Positions 51,806-60,830 of a stretch of 64,000 nucleotides of DNA are shown here, piece by piece. Source of the DNA: an uncultured bacterium. GTDB taxonomy: Bacteria; Acidobacteriota; HRBIN11; JAKEFK01. The stretch spans positions 128,001 to 192,000 of the forward strand of contig CAVZQN010000008.1 in assembly GCA_963777505.1 (NCBI GenBank). Reading direction: 5' to 3'. The notes beneath the pieces were generated by a model, which was given only the letters and a program-made list of their open reading frames with translations, had not been told where the DNA came from and did not search any database. The stretch's first letter is position 1. The number at the start of each line of letters is the position of its first letter. Both the position numbers and the translations under genes were made by a program.

Positions 51806-54800
51806 ATGGTCGACTACAACAAGGAAGCGCGCAAAGCAAAAAGGGAGGGAGATTACTCAAAAGCTGGAGATCTTTATTACCTTGCCGGTGACGAAAAAAG
51901 CGCCATGGAAATGTACCTGGAAGGGAATCATTTTGCGCTTGCAGCGCGCTTGCTTGAAAAAAGTGAGGATTGGAAAGGGGCTGCAAAATATTATATGCAG
52001 TCCGGAAAATATGTAGACGCGGCAGAAATTTTTTTCTCTAAACTACATGATTTTCGTACTGCAAGTTTGATGTTCGAAAAGCATGGGGATCTATCCCGTG
52101 CCTCGGAAATGGCGGAACGTTCCGGCGAATTTACCCGCGCCGGCCTCCTTGCGGAACGTGGCGAACTTCTCGACCGCGCTGCAACCCTTTACATGAAAGC
52201 ACGCAAACATGAGAAAGCTGCCAATGTTTATTACAAGATCCTTCAAGACCTTCTTAAAGAAAAAAATGATAAAGGTTTTCTCGAAAGTTACCGCGAAAGA
52301 TTAGAAAAAGTCGGACAAAGTGCCGGAATGCTTTTTCAGAAACTGAACAAATTTGAAAGAGCGGCGCTTTGTTATGAATCAACAGAAAACTATACGAAGG
52401 CTGCAGAATGCTACACAAGTGCCGGCATGATGGAAAAAGCCGCAGAATTGTTTTACAAAATGCAAAATTACGAACGAGCTTATCAGCTACTGATTGATGG
52501 TGCTGATGGCTGTGAAAATAAAGAACTGTTTGCAGATATTTCCTACCATTTAAAACGTTATCAGGAAGCAGGAGATCTCTACTTACTTGCTGACAGAATT
52601 CCCCGAGCCGCAGAAGCGTATGAAAGAGGAAATAATCTTTATAAGTCTGCATTGCTGTATGAAAGCATTGAAGAATTCTCCCATGCTGCCGAACTCTATA
52701 TTCAACTCAAAGAGAATAAAAAAGCGGCAGAATTGTATGAAAAATGCAAAAACTTTGAGTATGCTTCGCGTCTTTATGAAGAGTTGGGCCTAACTGAAAA
52801 AGCGATCGATTGTCTGACACAGGCAAATGAAAATATTCGTGCAGCAAAACTTTTGATACGCCGCGAAGAACCTCAACGTGCCGTTGCACTGCTGCAGGAA
52901 ATTCAATCCGATCATGATGAGTATCAAGAGAGTTGTGTTTTGCTCGGACAGTTATTTACACGAATGGAGATGTACGAAGTAGCTCTACAGAAGTTTGCCG
53001 AGGCCATTCGTGAGCAGCCGTTATCAAAAGACAATATCGACGTCTATTACGGAATGGCGCTTGCTCATGAGAAGGCAACTCAATATACAAAAGCGCGAGA
53101 CATTTATGAACGGATCCTTGCAGTGCAATTTGGCTATAAAGATGTTTTACCAAGGCTGGACTCCATCAAAAAAATGAATTTGTTGGATGGTGCTCCGGAA
53201 GGGGCAACACCATCTTCAATTAAGCGCATCATTGCAAATCGTTATGAGCTTACAGAACAAATTGGAAGAGATGCCTTTGGCGCCCTTTTCAAGGCTCAAG
53301 ATATAACCCTTGGTAGGACCGTATTGATCCGTCGCTTTACAGCCCAGGAAGAAGATATGACTCGCAATATTCTTGAACAATCTAAAATCGGTTCTTCATT
53401 GAACCATTCCACAATTCTGGCAATATACGACAGCGGCAAAGACGGAGAGCATTATTTCATTTGTACTGAATATGTAGATGGCCCGACATTGCGCCAATTC
53501 ATTGCACGAGGTCACATTGATATTTCCACAATCTGTGAAATCGCCACTCAAATTTGTCTCGGCCTTGCGTATGCCCATAAGAAATCAATCATTCACAGGA
53601 ATCTTGCACCGGAAAATATTTACGTAACAAGCGGAAGTCAGATAAAAATTTCGGGGTTCGGGCTGGACCCGCGCTGGGAAGCAGGCAATTCACGTATCAC
53701 GAAACAATATCTGAGCCCTGAACATATCATGACTCAGAAAATCGATTCGCGTTCCGACTTATATTCCTTTGGAATCATCCTGTATGAGATGGTTTATGGA
53801 ATGCCTCCGTTTAGCGGAAGCGATGTTGAACTTCAACACCTCAAGAAACATCCTGTTTTTCATGAAAATACACAACGATGGAGCCCGGCATTTTTAACGC
53901 GCATCATTCAAAAGTGTTTGCAGAAAGACAAGCACCAACGATACAACACCGCTTCTGAAATTGTTGAAGAACTCGAAGTTGCTGACATTGTACCCGGCAT
54001 GGTTTTAAATGAACGTTACGAGATCATTAAAGAGATCGGAACCGGAGGTATGGGACGCGTTTATCAGGCGCGTGATCGTGATCTTGATGAAATTGTTGCA
54101 TTAAAAGTATTACGCGCTGAAATCAGCGCAGATCCTGTCATCCAAAGAAGATTCGTGCGCGAAATCAAAGTTGCTCGTATGATCACACATCCGAATGTCG
54201 TGAAAGTTTTTGATATTGGAAAATACAAAGGAAATCGTTACATTTCCATGGAATATATTCAGGGAATAAGCCTGGATGAATGGCTCAAGAAAAACGAAAA
54301 AATGGAAATCCGCGCAATGATTCCTATTATGGCTAAAATAGTGCAAGGTGTTCTTGCAGCGCATTCGCAAGGAATTATTCATCGAGATCTAAAACCTCAA
54401 AATGTTCTTTTAGATCATTCAATGAATCCACACGTTCTTGATTTTGGAATTGCACGTTCACAAGCTCATATTGATGCAACTTCAAGCGGACAAGTTATGG
54501 GTTCGCCCAAATATATGTCTCCTGAACAGATCCAGGGGCGCGAACTCGATATGCGGTCTGATATTTATGCAGTAGGCGTCTTAATGTTTTATATGTTTAC
54601 AGGTAAAGAACCTTTTACCGGAGATGAACCTCGCGCAATTGTAATGAAACACTTAACGGAACAGCCTCCAGCAATGCGGAAAATCAATCCTGTTGTACCT
54701 GAATGGCTCGAACGGATTGTATTAAAAACACTCGAAAAAGATCGGAATCAACGTTATTCTTCATTGAAAGAACTGCTTGAAGATCTGAAAAGAGGCTACG

Positions 54801-54820
54801 AACAAATCCAAAAGAATTAG
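51806..54820 (+). CDS. Cytoplasmic helical-repeat (TPR/SNAP-like) protein with tandem pseudokinase and Ser/Thr kinase
   Basis: AAELY repeats; domain 1 has VLIR/HRN/SGFG; domain 2 has GTGGMG/VALK/HRDLKPQN/DFG. Confidence 0.9.
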   Translation: MVDYNKEARKAKREGDYSKAGDLYYLAGDEKSAMEMYLEGNHFALAARLLEKSEDWKGAAKYYMQSGKYVDAAEIFFSKLHDFRTASLMFEKHGDLSRASEMAERSGEFTRAGLLAERGELLDRAATLYMKARKHEKAANVYYKILQDLLKEKNDKGFLESYRERLEKVGQSAGMLFQKLNKFERAALCYESTENYTKAAECYTSAGMMEKAAELFYKMQNYERAYQLLIDGADGCENKELFADISYHLKRYQEAGDLYLLADRIPRAAEAYERGNNLYKSALLYESIEEFSHAAELYIQLKENKKAAELYEKCKNFEYASRLYEELGLTEKAIDCLTQANENIRAAKLLIRREEPQRAVALLQEIQSDHDEYQESCVLLGQLFTRMEMYEVALQKFAEAIREQPLSKDNIDVYYGMALAHEKATQYTKARDIYERILAVQFGYKDVLPRLDSIKKMNLLDGAPEGATPSSIKRIIANRYELTEQIGRDAFGALFKAQDITLGRTVLIRRFTAQEEDMTRNILEQSKIGSSLNHSTILAIYDSGKDGEHYFICTEYVDGPTLRQFIARGHIDISTICEIATQICLGLAYAHKKSIIHRNLAPENIYVTSGSQIKISGFGLDPRWEAGNSRITKQYLSPEHIMTQKIDSRSDLYSFGIILYEMVYGMPPFSGSDVELQHLKKHPVFHENTQRWSPAFLTRIIQKCLQKDKHQRYNTASEIVEELEVADIVPGMVLNERYEIIKEIGTGGMGRVYQARDRDLDEIVALKVLRAEISADPVIQRRFVREIKVARMITHPNVVKVFDIGKYKGNRYISMEYIQGISLDEWLKKNEKMEIRAMIPIMAKIVQGVLAAHSQGIIHRDLKPQNVLLDHSMNPHVLDFGIARSQAHIDATSSGQVMGSPKYMSPEQIQGRELDMRSDIYAVGVLMFYMFTGKEPFTGDEPRAIVMKHLTEQPPAMRKINPVVPEWLERIVLKTLEKDRNQRYSSLKELLEDLKRGYEQIQKN

Positions 54821-54828
54821 AATTTTTT

Positions 54829-54885
54829 GAAGGGGCCGCTCTTGTGGCGGCCCACAAACTGGGCGACCACAAGGATCGCCACTAC
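54829..54885. repeat. GTAG-type REP doublet (family B)
   Basis: GAAGGGGCCGCTCTTGTGGCGGCCC...GGGCGACCACAAGGATCGCCACTAC. Confidence 0.78.
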
Positions 54886-54898
54886 GAAGGAGTTAGAA

Positions 54899-55588
54899 AT
54901 GAAAAATTTTGTTATCTTGTGCTGTATGTTTTTTACGGCCACAGTTTTTGCAGATGTTAAGTTGGTACAAAAAGTGAAGAGCGATCCGGTGATGGGTCAG
55001 AAAGCGACAGATGGAACCATGACAATTTACATCAAGAATGGTAAAGCACGAATCGATAACCCGAGCATAGGTGGATATTCGGTTGTGAATGTTACTGAAG
55101 GAAAAATATTTATGGTTAGTCCTGCCAAGAAGGAAGTCATGGTAATGACGAGCGAACAGATCAAACAAGCAACGGGCTTGCTCTCCCAGCTTATGGGTGG
55201 CAAAAGTGCGGCTCCTCCAAGCGTTCAGAAACTTGGCACCAGCAAAACCTACAATGGTTATAAATGCGATGAATACAAAATTTCTATGTCTTCACCCTTT
55301 CAATCCACTGGTGTTTACTGCGCATCACCAGAAATTGATTTGAAAAACGAATTATTACCTTTCATGGAACTGTCTCAGGAACTGTCGCAAGTGTTTGGCG
55401 GCGATGCTATGAAAAGCATGGAGGGCTATCCAGTTCACTCAGAATCAACTACAAGTATCATGGGACAAACGATGAAGTCTTCAACGGACCTGGTGAGTGT
55501 TAGCCGTGAAAATCAGCCTGATTCTTTGTTTGTAATTCCTGCAGACTACACAATTAAAACAGCGCCTATTCCAAAGCTCAATCAGTGA
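54899..55588 (+). CDS. Secreted DUF4412-like protein
   Basis: AAGGAG SD, signal peptide, GTSKTYNGYKCDEY, FVIPADY. Confidence 0.75.
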   Translation: MKNFVILCCMFFTATVFADVKLVQKVKSDPVMGQKATDGTMTIYIKNGKARIDNPSIGGYSVVNVTEGKIFMVSPAKKEVMVMTSEQIKQATGLLSQLMGGKSAAPPSVQKLGTSKTYNGYKCDEYKISMSSPFQSTGVYCASPEIDLKNELLPFMELSQELSQVFGGDAMKSMEGYPVHSESTTSIMGQTMKSSTDLVSVSRENQPDSLFVIPADYTIKTAPIPKLNQ

Positions 55589-55598
55589 TTCGTTTCCA

Positions 55599-56771
55599 AT
55601 GACTGAAAAATTATTCTGGAAGGATCCATATCAAAAGGAATTCACAGCCGATGTTCTGGAACAATTTGATGTTGCAGATGGACATGCTGTGGTTTTGGAT
55701 CGCACCTGCTTCTATGCAACTTCTGGCGGCCAACCCAATGATACAGGTACATTGGGTTCACTAGCAGTTAAAGATGTAAGAATCGATGATGGAAAACTTC
55801 TTCATATTACTGACAAGCCTGTAGATTCGAAAACAGTAACTGGCAGTATCAACTGGACTCATCGTTTCGATCACATGCAGCAGCACACAGGACAGCATAT
55901 CCTTTCTGCTGCATTTTTCCGGTTGTTTCAGGCAGAAACATCTTCGTTTCATCTAGGCGAACTTCTGTGCAGCATCGAACTCAACAAAACAAACCTTGGT
56001 CAAGCTCAAATCTCTGAAGCAGAAGATCTGGCGAATCATGTGATTCAATCTGCAACGGGTATAGAAACCTTTTTTGTCGACCCTGAGAAGGCTCATGAAT
56101 ATCCGTTACGTAAACGTTCTGACCTTTCAGAGAGTCTAAGGATAATAAGGATTGGTGACTTTGACTTATCTCCTTGCAGCGGAACACATGTACGGAATAG
56201 TGGAGAAATCGGATCTGTTTTTGTTCATTCATTCGAAAAATTATCGCGGACTATCAAGGTCTCTTTCTTGTGTGGGAATCGTGTTCGGACGTTATACCAT
56301 CGGGAGCTGTCTGTTTTAAAAGATGTATCCAAAAAGCTTACGACTTCATTTGATTTGCTTCCTGAGTCTATTGTTCGATTGCAATCGCAGATTAAAGAGC
56401 TTCGAAGAGAGAATATGCAGCTGAAAGAAACACGACTGAAATCAGAAGCCAGTGAATTGGCCGCTGATTCTCAGCATTGGAAAGATTGTAAGCTCGTAAT
56501 CCGCGTCTGGCCGCGGCCTTTTGAAGAAGTGAGATTCATTGCTCAACGGCTATCAGAACAAGAAAGTCTAATCGGAGTTTTAGTAAGCGCGTCGGAGCGT
56601 CGTTGTGCCTTTTTCAAACATCCGAATGTTTCTGTGGATCTCAAACCACTGTTTTCCCAATTTCTCGAAAGCACAGGCGGCCGTGGCGGCGGTCCTGCAC
56701 ATTTTATGGAAGCCGGTAATCTGAACGCTGCAAAGGATGCTGAAGCTGAGCTTCGTCATTTATTTTCGTGA
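55599..56771 (+). CDS. AlaX-type alanyl-tRNA editing protein with DHHA1 domain
   Basis: FYATSGGQPND, HMQQHTGQH, CSGTHV, GGRGGG. Confidence 0.9.
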   Translation: MTEKLFWKDPYQKEFTADVLEQFDVADGHAVVLDRTCFYATSGGQPNDTGTLGSLAVKDVRIDDGKLLHITDKPVDSKTVTGSINWTHRFDHMQQHTGQHILSAAFFRLFQAETSSFHLGELLCSIELNKTNLGQAQISEAEDLANHVIQSATGIETFFVDPEKAHEYPLRKRSDLSESLRIIRIGDFDLSPCSGTHVRNSGEIGSVFVHSFEKLSRTIKVSFLCGNRVRTLYHRELSVLKDVSKKLTTSFDLLPESIVRLQSQIKELRRENMQLKETRLKSEASELAADSQHWKDCKLVIRVWPRPFEEVRFIAQRLSEQESLIGVLVSASERRCAFFKHPNVSVDLKPLFSQFLESTGGRGGGPAHFMEAGNLNAAKDAEAELRHLFS

Positions 56772-56777
56772 AGTTCT

Positions 56778-56794
56778 GTCGCAAAGGCGCTGAG
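56778..56794 (-). repeat. 17-nt post-stop repeat copy
   Basis: GTCGCAAAGGCGCTGAG, 2 nt beyond the stop at 56797. Confidence 0.65.
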
Positions 56795-56796
56795 AA

Positions 56797-58152
56797 TTAA
56801 GAGGCGGCGCGTTCAGGACTAACAGCTGAATCCAGTTCGGCAGGTTTTTTTAGTTCACTCTCTTTGCTTTCAGTAAATGCAGGATCTGAATCAAAGTAGC
56901 CATCTAAATCAATTTCAAGATCGAAATCTTCCGTTTTTTCACGTTTAGAATTATTTTGAGACGTAGAATGTCTGTAAACTTTACCTTGTCTGTAAAGTGA
57001 ACTTAGTTTTTGTGCGTACGAATTATTTCCTGGCTGCGAATCTTGCAATAGGAGCAGCCATTCTTCCGCTTCTTGATACATCCCACGTTTCAGATATGCA
57101 TCAACAAGCGATTCATAGGCCGAACTGAGTTCGTCTTGTTTGTTTTCCGATTCATATAGATCGATCAGCTTTTTCCATGCAGGGAAAAAAGAACTGTCGA
57201 GATTCAAAATACGCCTTAAAAGTGCAGAAGATTTTCGGACGTCTGGATGTTCCCTTTGTTCGTGAATTGCAATTTCAAATTGTCGAAAAGCACTCTCCAT
57301 GTCTCCGCTATGAAGATAGAGTTCGCCTTTAAGAATGAAATATGGCTCTTTGCACTCAGTCGTTTCTAACGTTTTGTTAATCAAACCATGCATTCGAGCC
57401 ATTGATGCAGCGTTCGTATGTGTTTTGATAATCAATCCAAGAATCTCTAAATCACCGACAGCCGTATTAATGAAATCTTGCAAAGATTTTCGTGCGTGAT
57501 CAATGTCGTTTAATTCCAAATAGGCCCACAACGTTTTCCACTGAACGGCAGCATTCTGTGGATTCAATTCTTTTGCTTTAATCAAGAATGGCAAAGCCTG
57601 TTCAGGATTGTTCCGCTGCAAATATTGTTTGCTGATCGCAAGGTACAAGCTTGTTGCTTCGGATGCCATTCCCTCCCGGTGATATAAACTTGCAAGTTCA
57701 CTGCGTACTTCCAGATTTTGCGGATCAATCTCAAGCAATTTGTGATAGAGCTTGATGATCTCGCGAGTCTTTCCCATCTTTTCAAATTCTTCAGCCGCTG
57801 CCAAAATCTCAAACCGAGCTTCAGCGAGCATTCCCTGACGAGCGTAAAGGTCTGCTAGCTTAAGCCGTACTTCAATCAGCCCCGGAGAGATCCGGAGAAT
57901 TCTCTTGTAAATCGCTATCCCCTTTAATAAAAATCCGTCTGCGCAATATTGCTCGGATGCTTTTTGTAAAAACTTAATCGCTTGAACTTCGTTGTTTATT
58001 TTCAAATAAAGATCGCCTAACAAAAGCATCAAGTTGCAATCGTTCGGCATTTCTTTCAGCCCTTTTAATGCCTCATCAATTGCATGTCTGGTCTTGCCAG
58101 TACTCAAATGCTTTTGGATGTTTTTTAGAATTCCGCCTTTATCGAAGTTCAT
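56797..58152 (-). CDS. TPR-repeat protein
   Basis: LGDLY, GFLLKGIAIYKRILRISP, LADLY repeats; acidic tail. Confidence 0.85.
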   Translation of the reverse strand: MNFDKGGILKNIQKHLSTGKTRHAIDEALKGLKEMPNDCNLMLLLGDLYLKINNEVQAIKFLQKASEQYCADGFLLKGIAIYKRILRISPGLIEVRLKLADLYARQGMLAEARFEILAAAEEFEKMGKTREIIKLYHKLLEIDPQNLEVRSELASLYHREGMASEATSLYLAISKQYLQRNNPEQALPFLIKAKELNPQNAAVQWKTLWAYLELNDIDHARKSLQDFINTAVGDLEILGLIIKTHTNAASMARMHGLINKTLETTECKEPYFILKGELYLHSGDMESAFRQFEIAIHEQREHPDVRKSSALLRRILNLDSSFFPAWKKLIDLYESENKQDELSSAYESLVDAYLKRGMYQEAEEWLLLLQDSQPGNNSYAQKLSSLYRQGKVYRHSTSQNNSKREKTEDFDLEIDLDGYFDSDPAFTESKESELKKPAELDSAVSPERAAS

Positions 58153-58175
58153 AGACCATTTTCCAGCCTTGCTAA

Positions 58176-58191
58176 AGCAAATTCCGTGCCT
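58176..58191 (-). promoter_or_regulatory. Sigma54 -24/-12 promoter
   Basis: AGGCACGGAATTTGCT (GG-N10-GC) 24 nt upstream of the ATG. Confidence 0.7.
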
Positions 58192-58397
58192 CTCAGGTCT
58201 CGACGAGACCCTCGACGATTCAGGCGTTTAAGAAATGGACAAATGTCCTCTAAACTCCATAAAATGAATAGGTTACAAATACCATTGCGATCCAGCGCAA
58301 TGTGTTTGGTTTTTGAACGAACCGCTATTCGGTTGAACCAATGGAAGCGAAACTCTATGATTGAGAAGAAAAATGATCTGTAATGGTTGAGGAATGA

Positions 58398-58828
58398 ATG
58401 GGTGGTTCAAATCCGTACATAAAGGCAAGCGAAATTGTTTTGCCGAAAACAAAATATAAGATCCGTTTTGAGCCAGAAGATCCCTCCGTTGGCGAAGCAA
58501 AAACGGTCGAGGTAGATCCAGAAAAAATTCCTTACGAGAACATCGGACAGCCCGGTCTGTATTTTGCAAATTGCTTTGGCAAATGGAATTCAAATTGAAC
58601 ATGTGTGCGGCGGTGTGTGCGCATGTTCAACGTGCCACATCATTGTGAAAGAAGGTTGGAAACAACAAATGAAGCGACTGATGATGAATATGATCAGTTA
58701 GAAGAAGCGCCCGGTACTACAATGCAATCACGTCTTTCGTGCCAACAGTGCCCGATGGGACAAAAGATATTCGTGTGGTTATCCCTGGTTGGAATAGGAA
58801 TTTTGTAAAAGAAACGCCGCACGATTAA
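58398..58828 (+). CDS. fdx: 2Fe-2S ferredoxin (ISC/adrenodoxin type), frameshifts near 58557, 58657 and 58745
   Basis: Reassembled: IEHVCGGVCACSTCHIIV..SRLSCQ..VVIPGWNRN; GAGG SD. Confidence 0.82.
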
Positions 58829-60830
58829 TCTTGTTGATTTTGAATTCGCACTGACTCAATGGCATCTCCGATCTCGGTACTATCAACGAATTCCATTCCG
58901 GAAACAACTTCGCCGAATATCGTGTAATTGCCATCTAGATGCGGCTGTCGCGACATTGTGATAAAAAACTGAGACCCGCCTGTATCTTTTCCTGCGAGCG
59001 GCATGCCAACCATTCCGCGTTTATAAACATGCCGGTTCATTTCATCATGAACAATCGTCCCGGCACTTCCCCATCCATCTCCGCGCGGGTCGCCGCCTTG
59101 AATCACAAAGTTTGGAACAACACGATGGATCCGTAATCCATCATATGATTTTTGCTTTGTTAAATTTATGAAATTCTGAACATGAATTGGTGCATCGTTT
59201 CCGAACAGACGAATGACAACTTTTCCTTTTGAAAGCTGCATCTCAACAAGCGAATCAGAAATAGGCTTCTCAAAATCAACTGGATATTTTCCTTGTACTT
59301 CTTTTGAAACTTTCCCTGTTAAGTAGAGAAATCGTCAAGGCTTTCAACTTTGCCATCATGAAGCCAGTCCGGTCCATTTAATTTTTTCATGGCTTCAATT
59401 GCGCGTTGACGTACAGCATATTCAGGATCCTTTAAAGCAAGATTAAGAATTGAAATCGCACGCGAATCGCGGTATGAGGTCACTGCATCAAGAATTGCTG
59501 CTCTACCTTCGATTTCCGTTGGATTCGATGACATTGCATATGCTTCGATCAAAGCTGGCACGTATTTAGAGTCGTTGGTTTTTGCCAGAATCTCGGCGGC
59601 AATTGCGCGGATCGTGAAGTCCGCACTTTTCAACAATGGCTCAAGGATTTCGGCCGATTCGGGCATATATTCACCGAGGGATTCAATAGCCGCTTGTCTG
59701 ACAACGCTCTCAGAGTCTGCCATTAATTTGCGCAAGAGCGACAATGCGTAATCTTTGCCCATACCGGGAATCGAGCGTGCAGCCTGCGCGCGAACAATCC
59801 AGGAAGGATCCGATGCAGCACGCTGAAGAGCTGGAAAAGTTTCATCCTTCTCTTCTTTGGTTATTAATTGAAGAGCTGCCGCACGGATAGTGTGCTGCCG
59901 ATCACTTAACAATTTCATCTTCTCTTCAACTCCGGCACACCGCAGCGTACCCATAACTTCAATCGATTTAATACGAGTTAATGTATTCATGGTAAAAACC
60001 GAATCCCGTATCGCTGCACACACATCATTCTTCCCTGCGGCTCCCGCTGCATCGAGCGCATTTTGACGGACACGCTGATCGGGATGTGCAAACATCGATT
60101 TGTATTCCTGATCTGTCAGCGGCTCTTTTAAGGTCCAGAATGTCTTTAGCGCAAACAATAATGAGGATGGATCGCCTGTAGATGGACTTGGTGAAGGATT
60201 GGCCAAAATTTCATGCAACATTGGAATCGCACGGCGATCGGCAAGACGATAAAGAGCGTAAATATAGCTCCACTGCGCTTGATCTTGTTTGCGACTCTTG
60301 TCAATGAGTACAGATACAGTGCTGCGGTCTTTGATCAAGGCAAGCGCTAAAGCAGTTTGTTCGCGAATGGCCTGGCGTTCGTGATCAAGAAACGGAAGAA
60401 TGACACTGGTTGTTTCCAAACCACCAATTCTGCCGGCTGCTTCAATCGCAAGACGTTGAACTTCTTCGTCTTTGTCTTTGAGCAGCGCGAATGTTAACGG
60501 CAATCCTTTGCGCGACTTTATTTGACCGAGAGCGAATGCAACTTCACGCCGTACTACAGGATCCGGATCTTTGATCAAGCTCTGCAATGAAGACAGAATT
60601 GCAGGATTACCGATCCTGCCTGCAGCCAGAACAGCACGGCTTCTGATTTTTGCGTCATTAGAATCAAAATATCCAGCAAGATGAATATCCGGCTCTGCCT
60701 GAAGCATCCTTTCATTTTCAAGGATCGCAATCATTCGATAAGAACTTTCCGCTTCAGCAGTCGAAGCGAAAAGAACGAAGAAGAGAATAATTTTTATGAA
60801 GCTTTGCGTCTTAGCGGTTGAGCTATTCAC
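58825..60830 (-). CDS. HEAT-repeat plus cyclophilin PPIase fusion, frameshifted near 59330
   Basis: HEAT repeats, then HRVVPNFVIQGGDPRGDG..GSQFFI..HLDGNYTIFG; frames join at DDF/LYLTGK. Confidence 0.85.
60802..60818 (+). repeat. 17-nt repeat copy inside a 5' coding region
   Basis: CTTTGCGTCTTAGCGGT; encodes TAKTQ on the minus strand. Confidence 0.65.

Noticed and set aside
58540-58760. Programmed frameshifting in the ferredoxin
   Set aside because: Three shifts with no slippery heptamer or stimulatory structure; sequencing indels are more parsimonious.
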